In this document: positions 37,139 through 45,653 of the stretch, piece after piece
Numbering within the stretch: the stretch's first letter is position 1
How the letters are laid out: each line of letters starts with the position of its first letter
Assembly (NCBI GenBank): GCA_018971625.1
Contig: JAGXAJ010000011.1
Span: forward strand, 4,336-68,335
DNA from: Pseudomonadota bacterium
GTDB lineage: Bacteria; Pseudomonadota; Alphaproteobacteria; Rhizobiales; Xanthobacteraceae
Direction: 5' to 3'
DNA length: 64,000 bases
Program-made: the position numbers and the translations under genes
Notes under the pieces: generated by a model
Database searches by the model: none
What the model was told of the DNA's origin: nothing
The model's input: only the letters and a program-made list of their open reading frames with translations

Positions 37139-38761
37139 ATGACCGCGCTCCAGAGCACCATCAACATCGGATTCGTTGCTCCCATCGCTCGGCAATTCCC
37201 GACCAATCCAGCCGCCACCGCGGTATCCGCTAAAACCTGGCTGGCAGTCTCCGGTGCGACGCTCGGCGCCTTCATGGCGGTACTCAACATCCAGATCGTC
37301 AATGCCTCGCTCGCCGACATTCAGGGCGCGATCGGCGCCGGGATCGATGACGGCGGCTGGATTTCGACCTCCTACCTGGTCGCCGAGATCATCGTGATTC
37401 CCCTGAGTGGCTGGCTCGCGCGCGTTTTCTCGATCCGCATCTATCTGCTGACCAACGCAGCGCTGTTCCTGGTGTTTTCGGCCGCCTGCGCGCTAGCGCG
37501 GGATCTGCCGCAGATGATCGCGGTGCGCGCCTTGCAGGGCTTTACCGGTGGCGTGCTGATCCCGATGGCTTTTACGCTGATTATCACGCTGCTGCCGAAG
37601 GCGAAGCAACCGGTCGGGCTAGCACTGTTCGCGGTGTCGGCCACCTTCGCGCCCGCGATCGGCCCGACCATCGGCGGTTACCTCACCGAGAACTGGGGCT
37701 GGCAGTACATCTTCTACGTCAATCTGGCGCCCGGCATCCTGATGATCGGCATGCTGTGGTTCTCGCTGGAAGCAAAACCCATGCAACTTACGATGCTGCG
37801 TCAGGGCGACTGGCCCGGCGTCATCACCATGGCGATCGGCCTGAGCGCGCTGCAAACCGTGCTCGAGGAAGGCAACAAGGACGACTGGTTCGGATCGACC
37901 TTCATCGTCCGCCTGTCGGTGATCGCAACCGTTGCGCTCGCAGCGTTCCTCTGGATCGAACTCACCAGCGACCGGCCGCTGTTGAACCTGCGGCTGTTGG
38001 GCCGGCGCAATTTCGGCTTCGGCATCCTCGCAAATTTCCTGATGGGCGTCGCGCTGTACGGTTCGGTGTTCATCCTGCCGCAATATCTGGCGCGGATTCA
38101 GGGCTACAACTCCGAACAGATCGGCATGGTGCTGGCCTGGACCGGATTGCCGCAGCTGGTGCTGATCCCGCTGGTGCCGCGCCTGATGAAGCGTTTCGAC
38201 GCGCGGCTGGTGATCGGCGCAGGTTTTGTTCTATTCGCCGCCTCCAACTTCATGAATGTCTTCATGACGCCGGATTACGGTTCGGATCAGTTGTTCTGGC
38301 CCAACGTCGTGCGTGCCGTCGGCCAGGCGTTGGCATTTGCGCCGCTCTCTGCCGTCGCCGCCGCCGGTATCGAAGCAGAGAATGCCGGCTCGGCCTCAGG
38401 CCTGTTTAACATGATGCGGAACCTCGGCGGTGCGGTCGGCATTGCGATGCTGCAGACGTTCCTGACCAAGCGGGAACAGTTTCATTCCAACGTGTTGAAC
38501 CAGTCGGTCTCGCTGTTCGAACAGGCTACCCGAACCCGGATCGATCAGCTCACGCAATACTTCGTCAACCACGGCATCGCCGATCGTTCGCAAGCATCCC
38601 ACGAAGCATATGTCGCGATTGGCCATGTGGTGCAGAAGCAGGCATTTATTCTCGCCTTCAGCGACACGTTCTATCTGATCGGAGCAGCGCTGATCGTTGC
38701 GCTCATGGCAGCATTGCTCCTCAAGAAGCCCGGCCATCTTGAAGCCGGTGGCGGACACTAA
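37139..38761 (+). CDS. emrB: MFS DHA2-family (14-TMS) multidrug efflux transporter (EmrB/QacA-like)
   Basis: 540 aa. The LNIQIVNASLADIQG start, multiple TMs and the position after emrA are all typical of EmrB. Confidence 0.88.
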   Translation: MTALQSTINIGFVAPIARQFPTNPAATAVSAKTWLAVSGATLGAFMAVLNIQIVNASLADIQGAIGAGIDDGGWISTSYLVAEIIVIPLSGWLARVFSIRIYLLTNAALFLVFSAACALARDLPQMIAVRALQGFTGGVLIPMAFTLIITLLPKAKQPVGLALFAVSATFAPAIGPTIGGYLTENWGWQYIFYVNLAPGILMIGMLWFSLEAKPMQLTMLRQGDWPGVITMAIGLSALQTVLEEGNKDDWFGSTFIVRLSVIATVALAAFLWIELTSDRPLLNLRLLGRRNFGFGILANFLMGVALYGSVFILPQYLARIQGYNSEQIGMVLAWTGLPQLVLIPLVPRLMKRFDARLVIGAGFVLFAASNFMNVFMTPDYGSDQLFWPNVVRAVGQALAFAPLSAVAAAGIEAENAGSASGLFNMMRNLGGAVGIAMLQTFLTKREQFHSNVLNQSVSLFEQATRTRIDQLTQYFVNHGIADRSQASHEAYVAIGHVVQKQAFILAFSDTFYLIGAALIVALMAALLLKKPGHLEAGGGH

Positions 38762-38797
38762 AATATCCCTCAGACCAAAAGCAAAAGGAGAGTTGCG

Positions 38798-39259
38798 ATG
38801 AAACCCCGACTAAACCCCATGCAGGCTGCCCCCGACACGATGAAAGCCCTGCTCGCGCTGGAGACCCAGGTTCAGACCAGCGGCCTCGAACGTTCTCTGA
38901 TCGAACTGGTCAAGACCCGGGCATCGCAGATCAACGGCTGCGCCTATTGCATCAACATGCACTCAACCGACGCCCGCAAGCATGGCGAAACCGAGGCCCG
39001 GTTATATTTGCTCGATGCATGGCGCGAGGCGCCGGTGTATTCGGACCGCGAGCGCGCTGCGCTGGCGTGGACCGAAGCGGTGACGCTGGTTTCGGAAACC
39101 CATGTCCCCGATGACGTATATGCCGAACTGCGCGCCCATTTCTCGGAAGCCGAAACGGTCAATCTGACCATGCTGGTGGCGACCATCAATGCCTGGAACC
39201 GGATCGCCATCAGCTTCCGTGCCATTCCTGAGGTAAAGCATAAGGCCAACGCGGCGTAA
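38798..39259 (+). CDS. carboxymuconolactone decarboxylase (AhpD-like) family protein
   Basis: AAGGAG RBS. Motif TRASQINGCAYCINMH (CxxC of AhpD-like proteins). Confidence 0.85.
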   Translation: MKPRLNPMQAAPDTMKALLALETQVQTSGLERSLIELVKTRASQINGCAYCINMHSTDARKHGETEARLYLLDAWREAPVYSDRERAALAWTEAVTLVSETHVPDDVYAELRAHFSEAETVNLTMLVATINAWNRIAISFRAIPEVKHKANAA

Positions 39260-39281
39260 GCCCGCCGCGGCGTGGTAACCT

Positions 39282-40139
39282 TCAGGTCGCCGTTGCCTTG
39301 GCGAAATCCACGTAGATCTGGCGCAACCGGTTGGTCATCGGCCCCGGTTTGCCGTCGGCAATCTTCTTGCCGTCGATGCGGACGACTGCCTGCACGAATA
39401 CTGTAGCGCTGGTGATGAAGGCTTCCTTGGCCGCCAGCGCCTCGTCGATCGAAAAGGCGCGCTCCTCGACCCGGAGTTGATGCTCCTCGGCCAGCTTGAC
39501 AACCGCCTTGCGGGTGCAGCCCGGCAAGATTTCGCTGCCGTTCTGCCGCGTCACGATCACGTCGTCCCGGGTCAGGATGAAGGCCGACGATGAGCCGCCT
39601 TCGGTCACCTTGCCATCTTCGATCATCCAGGCCTCGGCGGCACCGGCTTCGGCCGCGGCCTGTTTTGCCAGTACCTGCGCCAGCAGCGCCACGCTCTTGA
39701 TGTCGCGGCGGACCCAACGGATGTCGGGCAACGTGATCACATCAATGCCGGTTTTCGCCGACGGCGCATCCACGATATTTTTGACCGAAGTAAACATGAT
39801 TAGCGTCGGCTTGACGCCCTTGGGGAAGGCAAAGTCGCGGCTCTTGTCGGCGCCACGCGTCACCTCAAGGTAAACCATGCCGTTAATGAGAGCATTGCGC
39901 TTGACCAATTCCTTCTGGATTTCCTCAATCCGCGCGATGGTTTCCGGCAATGCGAGCGCGATCTCGCCGACCGAGCGTTCCAGCCGCGCCAGATGCGACG
40001 CATTGTCGATCAGCTTGCCGTCCAGCACGGCGGCGACTTCGTATATACCGTCCGCGAACAGAAAGCCGCGATCCAGCACCGAGACCTTGGCCTCGGATAG
40101 CGGCACAAACGAGCCATTGACGTAGGCAATCTGGTCCAA
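39282..40139 (-). CDS. dat: D-amino-acid transaminase (class IV aminotransferase)
   Basis: VNGSFVPLSEAKVSVLDRGFLFADGIYEV start and length (285 aa) typical of class IV/Dat enzymes. Confidence 0.8.
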   Translation of the reverse strand: MDQIAYVNGSFVPLSEAKVSVLDRGFLFADGIYEVAAVLDGKLIDNASHLARLERSVGEIALALPETIARIEEIQKELVKRNALINGMVYLEVTRGADKSRDFAFPKGVKPTLIMFTSVKNIVDAPSAKTGIDVITLPDIRWVRRDIKSVALLAQVLAKQAAAEAGAAEAWMIEDGKVTEGGSSSAFILTRDDVIVTRQNGSEILPGCTRKAVVKLAEEHQLRVEERAFSIDEALAAKEAFITSATVFVQAVVRIDGKKIADGKPGPMTNRLRQIYVDFAKATAT

Positions 40140-40249
40140 GCGAGTTCTCCTGCAGGCAGCGAAGCGGTGACGGCGGACAGTATACGGCTATTCGTTAATG
40201 CCTGATCGACGATTTGTTGCGGACGCGGACATTCATGGTCCATTCTTTA

Positions 40250-40930
40250 TCAATGCGACAAGATCTTCGACAGGAACTTCTGCGCGCGATCGCTGCGCGG
40301 ACTGCCGAAGAAATCGGTCTTGAGCGCATCCTCGACGATCTCGCTTTTATCCATGATGACCCGGTTAGCGACCTTGCTGGCGAAGCTCATCTCATGGGTG
40401 ACGACCATCATGGTCATGCCCTCGCGGGCGAGATCGACCATTACGTCGAGGACTTCGCTAATCATTTCGGGATCAAGCGCAGAGGTCTGCTCGTCGAACA
40501 GCATGGCAGCCGGGTTCGGTTCGCCGGTATAGGCCCGCTCCTGCAGTTCCTCGATTGCGATATGATAGAGTGGTTGCCGGCCGGTACGGCCCTCGAGCAA
40601 CGTGCGCGGGACGTTGATCATATGCGGCGCGCGCACACGTTCATAAAACAGCGGCGTGCTGCATGTTGCGCAGAAACTGCGCACCGTTCCGCTCGCTTTG
40701 TGCTCGTAACGGGCAATTCCGCTCTTGCCGCTGGTAATTCGCAAGCGCTTGCGCCAACTTCCGACATAGGTGGCATAAGCCGCACCATGCGCGCGGCGGC
40801 TCGCCGGCGAATGACCGTGCCAGGCCCAACGTGCCGGCGTATCGATCTCGAGGCGAATCTTGCCGCACCGGCATTGGCCCTTGGAGATACCGGCCGGTTT
40901 TGCCGCTTTTTTCACCTGCACTCCTTGCAA
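40250..40930 (-). CDS. chimeric ORF: GFA (CENP-V-like) domain fused in frame to the C-terminal third of a polar-amino-acid ABC transporter ATPase (probable deletion remnant)
   Basis: The N-terminal about 135 aa carry CRCGKIRLEI...FCATCSTPLFYE (GFA zinc-ribbon pattern). The C-terminal about 90 aa read MLFDEQTSALDPEMISEVLDVMVDLAREGMTMMVVTHEMSFASKVANRV...FLSKILSH (Walker B, D-loop and H-loop of GlnQ-type ATPases). Walker A, Q-loop and the LSGGQ signature are absent. Confidence 0.7.
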   Translation of the reverse strand: MQGVQVKKAAKPAGISKGQCRCGKIRLEIDTPARWAWHGHSPASRRAHGAAYATYVGSWRKRLRITSGKSGIARYEHKASGTVRSFCATCSTPLFYERVRAPHMINVPRTLLEGRTGRQPLYHIAIEELQERAYTGEPNPAAMLFDEQTSALDPEMISEVLDVMVDLAREGMTMMVVTHEMSFASKVANRVIMDKSEIVEDALKTDFFGSPRSDRAQKFLSKILSH

Positions 40931-41129
40931 CTATCGAAATTGCGTGCCGCTCGCGTCAGCGACGCCAGTTCGGCGCTTCGAACAGTTGGGGATCGATCTG
41001 GAGGTTACGGAAAATTTATGCCAGCCCCTCAAATTTTTTCAGTATATGGACTATTCGACGGGGGTCGGCTTGTTCGTAAGCCACTCTGGTGGCAATGTGC
41101 TCCCCAGAAGCCGAGAGAGTACGTCTTCC

Positions 41130-41513
41130 ATGCAGAAATCCAGCGCACGATCATTGCCATCGCTCAGCGTCCGGATTGATCTAGATAAGGAGGGCCGAAT
41201 CGGGCCGGGCAAAATCGAGCTGCTGGAAAACATTCGAACCTGCGGTTCGATTTCAGCCGCCGGGCGCGCAATGGATATGTCGTACAAGCGGGCTTGGGAT
41301 CTGGTCGACGAAATCAACCGGATCTGCCGGCAGGCTGCGGTGGAACGGCAAACCGGAGGCAAGAACGGCGGCGGCGCGATGCTCACTCCGTTCGGCCAGT
41401 CGCTGGTTGCACGATACCGCAAGATCGAGCGTGACGCCGCAAGCGCGGCCAGGAAGGAACTTGCGGCGTTGCGCAGCGATATAGGGCGTCCGACCAAAGC
41501 CGCGAGCCGATGA
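41130..41513 (+). CDS. ModE N-terminal-domain-like winged-helix regulator (no Mop domains)
   Basis: In-frame ATG 41130 in track ORF 40860..41513. GPGKIELLENIRTCGSISAAGRAMDMSYKRAWDLVDEINR...GGKNGGGAMLTPFG is the ModE/MopA DNA-binding domain pattern. Confidence 0.75.
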   Translation: MQKSSARSLPSLSVRIDLDKEGRIGPGKIELLENIRTCGSISAAGRAMDMSYKRAWDLVDEINRICRQAAVERQTGGKNGGGAMLTPFGQSLVARYRKIERDAASAARKELAALRSDIGRPTKAASR

Positions 41514-41609
41514 GGCTCCCTGCCCGCTTGCGCACGCGGCCGGTGGCCTCTCAGCCCATCGCTTCGTGACCAATCAATCGCCCGCACGGTGAGGAATTAT
41601 GTTCAACGC

Positions 41610-43106
41610 TCAAGCCGTCTTGATCCAGACTGCCTTGACGTTGAGATACTCTTCCAGATGCTGCTTGCCTGATTCGCGACCATAGCCGCTCATTTTGTAG
41701 CCGCCAAACGGCACGGCCGGGTCCATCGTCTGATAGCAATTGACCCAGACTGAACCTGCGCGCAGCGCCTTGGAGACTTTAACGGCCTTGCTGACATTGG
41801 TGGTCCAGACGCCGCTGCCGAGCCCGAAGGTAGTGGCGTTGGCACGCTGGATCAGGTCATCGCTGTCCTTGAACGAGATCGCCGAGATCACGGGGCCGAA
41901 GATCTCTTCCTGCGCGATCCGCATGTTGTCCTGTACGTTGGCGAATACCGTTGGCGGCACAAAATATCCCTTCGACAACGCCCCTTCGGTCAGCCGCGCG
42001 CCGCCGGCGAGCGCCTTTGCGCCTTCCTTCTGACCGATCGCGAGATAGCCGGATACGCGCTCGAGCTGCTGTTCCGATACCAGCGGCCCGATCTGGGTGT
42101 TGGGATCAAGGCCGTTGCCGACCTGCAGCTTCTTGCCGTATTCGGCGACGCGGCCGACGAACTCGTCGTAGACCTTGTGTTCGACGAACAGCCGCGTGCC
42201 GGCACTGCAGATCTGGCCGGAATTGGCGAACACCGCCATCGCAGCCCCCGGCACCGCCGCGTCGAGATCGGCATCGGCGAACACGATGTCGGGTGATTTG
42301 CCGCCGAGTTCGAGCGAGACGCGCTTCAGGTTGCCGGCGGATGCCCGGATGATCGACTGTCCCGTGACATGCGAGCCGGTAAACGCAACCTTGTCCACGC
42401 CCGGATGCGAGGCAAGCGCCGCACCGGCGGTCTCGCCATAGCCGGGTACCACATTAACGACGCCGGGCGGAATACCGGCCTCCATCGCCAGTTCTGCCAG
42501 TCGCAGCGAGGTCAGCGGCGCTTCCTCAGCCGGTTTCAGGACCACGGTGCAGCCGGTCGCGATCGCCGGACCGATCTTCCAGACAGTGGCGGCGAGCGGA
42601 CCATTCCACGGGATGATTGCGCCGACAACACCGACCGGCTCCTTCAGCGTATAGGAGAAGATGTCGCCGGGCAGCGAGTTCTCGATAGTCTCGCCATGCA
42701 GCGCGGTGGCCTGGCCTGCATAATAGCGCAGCATTCCGAGCACGCGCAGTTTGTTGCCGCGGGTGCGGCTGATCGGCGCGCCCATGTCGAGCGTGTCGAG
42801 CTGTGAAAGCTCCTCGAAATTCTTCTCGACCAGATCGGCAAGCCTGAGCAGCAGGTTCTGCCGTTCGAACGGCTTGGCCTTGCTCCAGGATCCCTCGAAG
42901 GCACGGCGCGCCGCAGCAACCGCGCGATTGATGTCTTCGGCGTCTCCTTCGGCGATGGTAGCGAGCAGCTCACCGGTGGCCGGGTTGAGAGTCTCGAATT
43001 TCTTGCCGGAAGCGGCGTCGACCCATTTGCCGTCGATCAGCATCTTCTTGTAGGAGCCATCGGCATAAGGATGACTCGTAATCGGAATCGCCTGCGTCAC
43101 AGCCAT
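41610..43106 (-). CDS. NAD(P)-dependent aldehyde dehydrogenase
   Basis: 498 aa. Catalytic motifs ELGGKSP and FANSGQICSAGTR. GGGAG RBS. Confidence 0.92.
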   Translation of the reverse strand: MAVTQAIPITSHPYADGSYKKMLIDGKWVDAASGKKFETLNPATGELLATIAEGDAEDINRAVAAARRAFEGSWSKAKPFERQNLLLRLADLVEKNFEELSQLDTLDMGAPISRTRGNKLRVLGMLRYYAGQATALHGETIENSLPGDIFSYTLKEPVGVVGAIIPWNGPLAATVWKIGPAIATGCTVVLKPAEEAPLTSLRLAELAMEAGIPPGVVNVVPGYGETAGAALASHPGVDKVAFTGSHVTGQSIIRASAGNLKRVSLELGGKSPDIVFADADLDAAVPGAAMAVFANSGQICSAGTRLFVEHKVYDEFVGRVAEYGKKLQVGNGLDPNTQIGPLVSEQQLERVSGYLAIGQKEGAKALAGGARLTEGALSKGYFVPPTVFANVQDNMRIAQEEIFGPVISAISFKDSDDLIQRANATTFGLGSGVWTTNVSKAVKVSKALRAGSVWVNCYQTMDPAVPFGGYKMSGYGRESGKQHLEEYLNVKAVWIKTA

Positions 43107-43396
43107 GTCTGTACTCCCGTGGGTATTATCGATCGTGCCGGGATCGTTGTATTGTTAATTCTAGAACGGTGACGAGAAACCGTAAAGCGCGCCACGTGCA
43201 ACGAGGGGGCTCCGAACGAAGACCACCCATGCTGTTTCGTATATGCGGTAGCGCAGCCTTACCGCCTTGATGCGCAAGCTTGACGAAGTCACGGAGCGAT
43301 CGAGCGATCACCGACGAACCGACTGATCTGTCGTTCCTCGGCCACGACCAAAGATGACCAAAAGAAAATGACCCTTGATTGGGCTATCATTTTTCC

Positions 43397-43432
43397 GTGA
43401 CGGGCGTCACATCGTTATATTTTATAAAATAT
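43397..43432. promoter_or_regulatory. paired palindromes GTGAC-n4-GTCAC and ATATTTTATAAAATAT (possible operator, Mo-box-like left half CGTTATAT)
   Basis: 43397-43410 is a perfect 5-bp inverted repeat. 43417-43432 is a perfect 16-bp AT palindrome. Both lie in the divergent region between the aldehyde dehydrogenase and DUF2478 genes. Confidence 0.4.
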
Positions 43433-43584
43433 GCCGCCATCTCAAACTCATCCGGCCCGGCTTTTCGACCCTCAAACCTTTGACACAGCGACGGTAGCCT
43501 CTCCGCCAAAAACGTGATATGCAACAAAATATAGCGAGGCTCGCCGCGGCCACGGCTGTCGAGTCTGAAACAATGGAGTATACC

Positions 43585-44148
43585 ATGTTCGATTCGCAAT
43601 GCGACCTCGCGGCTCTGGTCTATGAGCAGTACCAGGATCCAGACCGGATACTGCGCGATTTTGCCATCGAGCTGAACGAGCGCGGCTATCGCGCGGTCGG
43701 CCTGGTTCAGCTTGGCCATCACTGCACCGACGGCAATCTCTCGGCCATGCTGGTGCACACCGGCGAACCGCTGTCCTTATTACAGGATCTAGGCTCCTGC
43801 TCCGCCGCATGCCGGCTCGACGTCGGCCAGTTGCTCGACGCCGGCCAGCAGATCGCGCGTGCCATCGACCAGGGTGCCGATTTGCTGATCGTCAACCGCT
43901 TCGGCCGCCAGGAACGCGAAGGCAAGGGCCTGTCCTATCTGGTGGAGCGCGCGCTAGGTGCCGACATTCCGGTCGTGATCGCGGTACCGAGTCACCGGTT
44001 CACCGACTGGATCAAATTCGCCGACGGCATGAGCGTCAAACTGCACTGCAGCCATGACGCGCTGGGCGCGTGGTGGGGCGCGGTCGCGGCCCGCAACAGC
44101 CGCCTGGCCATGAGCGATCAGCGGACCTTCTGCGAGACCTACAAATAA
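43585..44148 (+). CDS. DUF2478-like (NTPase-like) family protein
   Basis: Track ORF 43519..44148. I prefer ATG 43585 (GGAG 7 nt upstream). LAALVYE...DLLIVNRFGRQEREGKGL..IPVVIAV resembles DUF2478 as I recall it. Confidence 0.6.
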   Translation: MFDSQCDLAALVYEQYQDPDRILRDFAIELNERGYRAVGLVQLGHHCTDGNLSAMLVHTGEPLSLLQDLGSCSAACRLDVGQLLDAGQQIARAIDQGADLLIVNRFGRQEREGKGLSYLVERALGADIPVVIAVPSHRFTDWIKFADGMSVKLHCSHDALGAWWGAVAARNSRLAMSDQRTFCETYK

Positions 44149-44654
44149 TGCGTAGACCGCCGTCATAGCGGATGAGTTCAGGCCGCGGACTCACTCCCCC
44201 GTGCCGTCCGGCGCATTTTTCGACGAAAATGACAGCGCCGCTGCGTTGAAGGTCGTCGCGGCGCAAGCGCTGTTCGTAAATGCGATCAAAAGCGCGTATC
44301 ACGCGAACGGCAAAATCGCTCAACCGTTTGCAGCCTCACCGAACCAGATTGATAGAGCCGCGACGGCCCGATCTCGATGAGCAGTTCTGCGTCGACCAGG
44401 CTGGAAACTTCGACCAACGTTACCGCGGGTGCGGCAGGAGGGTTGACGGTTTGCAGAAACTCGTCGCGAGCCCTTACGATGCTCGGCGAGCCTTTCGATG
44501 TCGCGCGAGGGACATTCACGCGCCCCGGCAAGTGAACGGAAGCGCTTCTGCGGATTCGAGGAGAGGATATCTCAGTCGTTCCCCGGCTCTATTGGCGCTC
44601 TTACGGAAGAGGACGCCGGGTTGCGACAACAGCAGACCAGGCACGATCCGACCA

Positions 44655-44861
44655 TCAAAGCGTCTCTTGTCTGTGTCCGCATTCCTTGCAGGCGAACTTG
44701 ACCCGGGCCGCGCCCTTCTCGGCTTGAATCCGGTTCGGCGCACCGCACTTACCGCACACCGCATCGATGCGGGTATTGCCCTGCTTCACCACGATGGTCT
44801 TCTTCGCCATGGTTTCGCGGATCAGCCGCTCGGCCTCTTCACGCATCGCCTGCTTCGACAT
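44655..44861 (-). CDS. small zinc-ribbon protein (68 aa)
   Basis: Two CxxC pairs (CGKCG ... CKECG), a basic N-terminal helix and AGGTG upstream. Confidence 0.65.
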   Translation of the reverse strand: MSKQAMREEAERLIRETMAKKTIVVKQGNTRIDAVCGKCGAPNRIQAEKGAARVKFACKECGHRQETL

Positions 44862-44967
44862 CCGCCCGCACCTGCCTCGAGAAATATTGGCGTGCTTATA
44901 GCACGCCGATGACCATTTGCGAGCGGTTAGCGCCGATGCATTGAATCGGCGCGTGATACCTTCAGTT

Positions 44968-45068
44968 CACCTCCCATAGGAGAGATCGGCGCGCGGGCGG
45001 GCAAGCAGTTACGCCTCACTGATGGGGCGTACCGCCCCTCCCCAGCCTCTCTCCCCACGGGCGAGCCG
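44968..45068. repeat. REP/RIME-like repeat copy (CTCTCC family)
   Basis: cacctcccataggagagatcgg ... ccgcccctccccagcctctctccccacgggcgag shares the motif family seen at 2228-2334 and 60725-60910. Confidence 0.45.
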
Positions 45069-45653
45069 ACGTGCTCCAAAATCGGCAGCGTTCACTCGGC
45101 GAACACCATCTGTTCCTCGAGAGAGCGAGTGGAGCTGCACAATGACGGCGAACTCTGGCGTCGCTTGCAAGCACAAGGGTTCCGCGGGTTGCTACTTTCG
45201 GTCGGCGAGTGGGAACACGTTGATGTCGGTCGGAGGAGGTCAGCTAACAGCGACCGCAAGCGCCAAGTCCCAACGCTCTGTGAATCAGCCGACGCTAACT
45301 CACGCATTCGACGCATGAACCCAGACCTGCCGATCGTCCAAAACATAAGTTCCTGTTTTGTTTGCTCGGAATATAGTAGTTTCATGCACATCAGCGTTTA
45401 TTCCGGGAAAAGAAGCTTCACTCGTCGACCATGGACATCGCAATATGGATGGAGCCCGGCTGCCGAACTTCAGCAGGCGAGATTCCACTACGACAATTGT
45501 GGCGCGGACGAATGGCGGACGCACCCCTGCGGCGCCAGATGTGATCCCCACCGGTATTCAAGGTTGACCCATTCACTCAAGCGTTTGAATAGACGTCGAA
45601 AAGCCTCTGCACGCAGGAATCAATGATGGATGCCGAACAGGTCGAAGGTTGGC

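Noticed and set aside
40860-41129. N-terminal 90-codon extension of the ModE-like ORF, and similar extensions of the ORFs starting at 25637, 14644, 17459, 19781, 35638 and 53005
   Set aside because: The extensions arise from alternative-start ORF calling. Internal ATGs with RBS-like sequences coincide with the beginning of the conserved domains, and the extensions overlap intergenic or divergent promoter DNA.
43107-43396. Riboswitch (e.g. Moco) in the long leader region of the aldehyde dehydrogenase gene
   Set aside because: I could not recognise any known riboswitch core by eye. Only the palindromes at 43397-43432 stand out.
44160-44640. Possible frameshifted minus-strand gene (..VTLVEVSSLVDAELLIEIGPSR.. 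then ..FAVRVIRAFDRIYEQRLRRDDLQ..)
   Set aside because: Two adjacent frames look mildly protein-like, but I cannot recognise a family, start or RBS. The evidence is insufficient to report a feature.
45129-45626. 165-aa plus-strand ORF in the AT-richer spacer (and the 99-aa minus ORF 45092..45391)
   Set aside because: No RBS, odd composition (Arg/Ser/Cys-rich) and no motif. The region is more likely non-coding.
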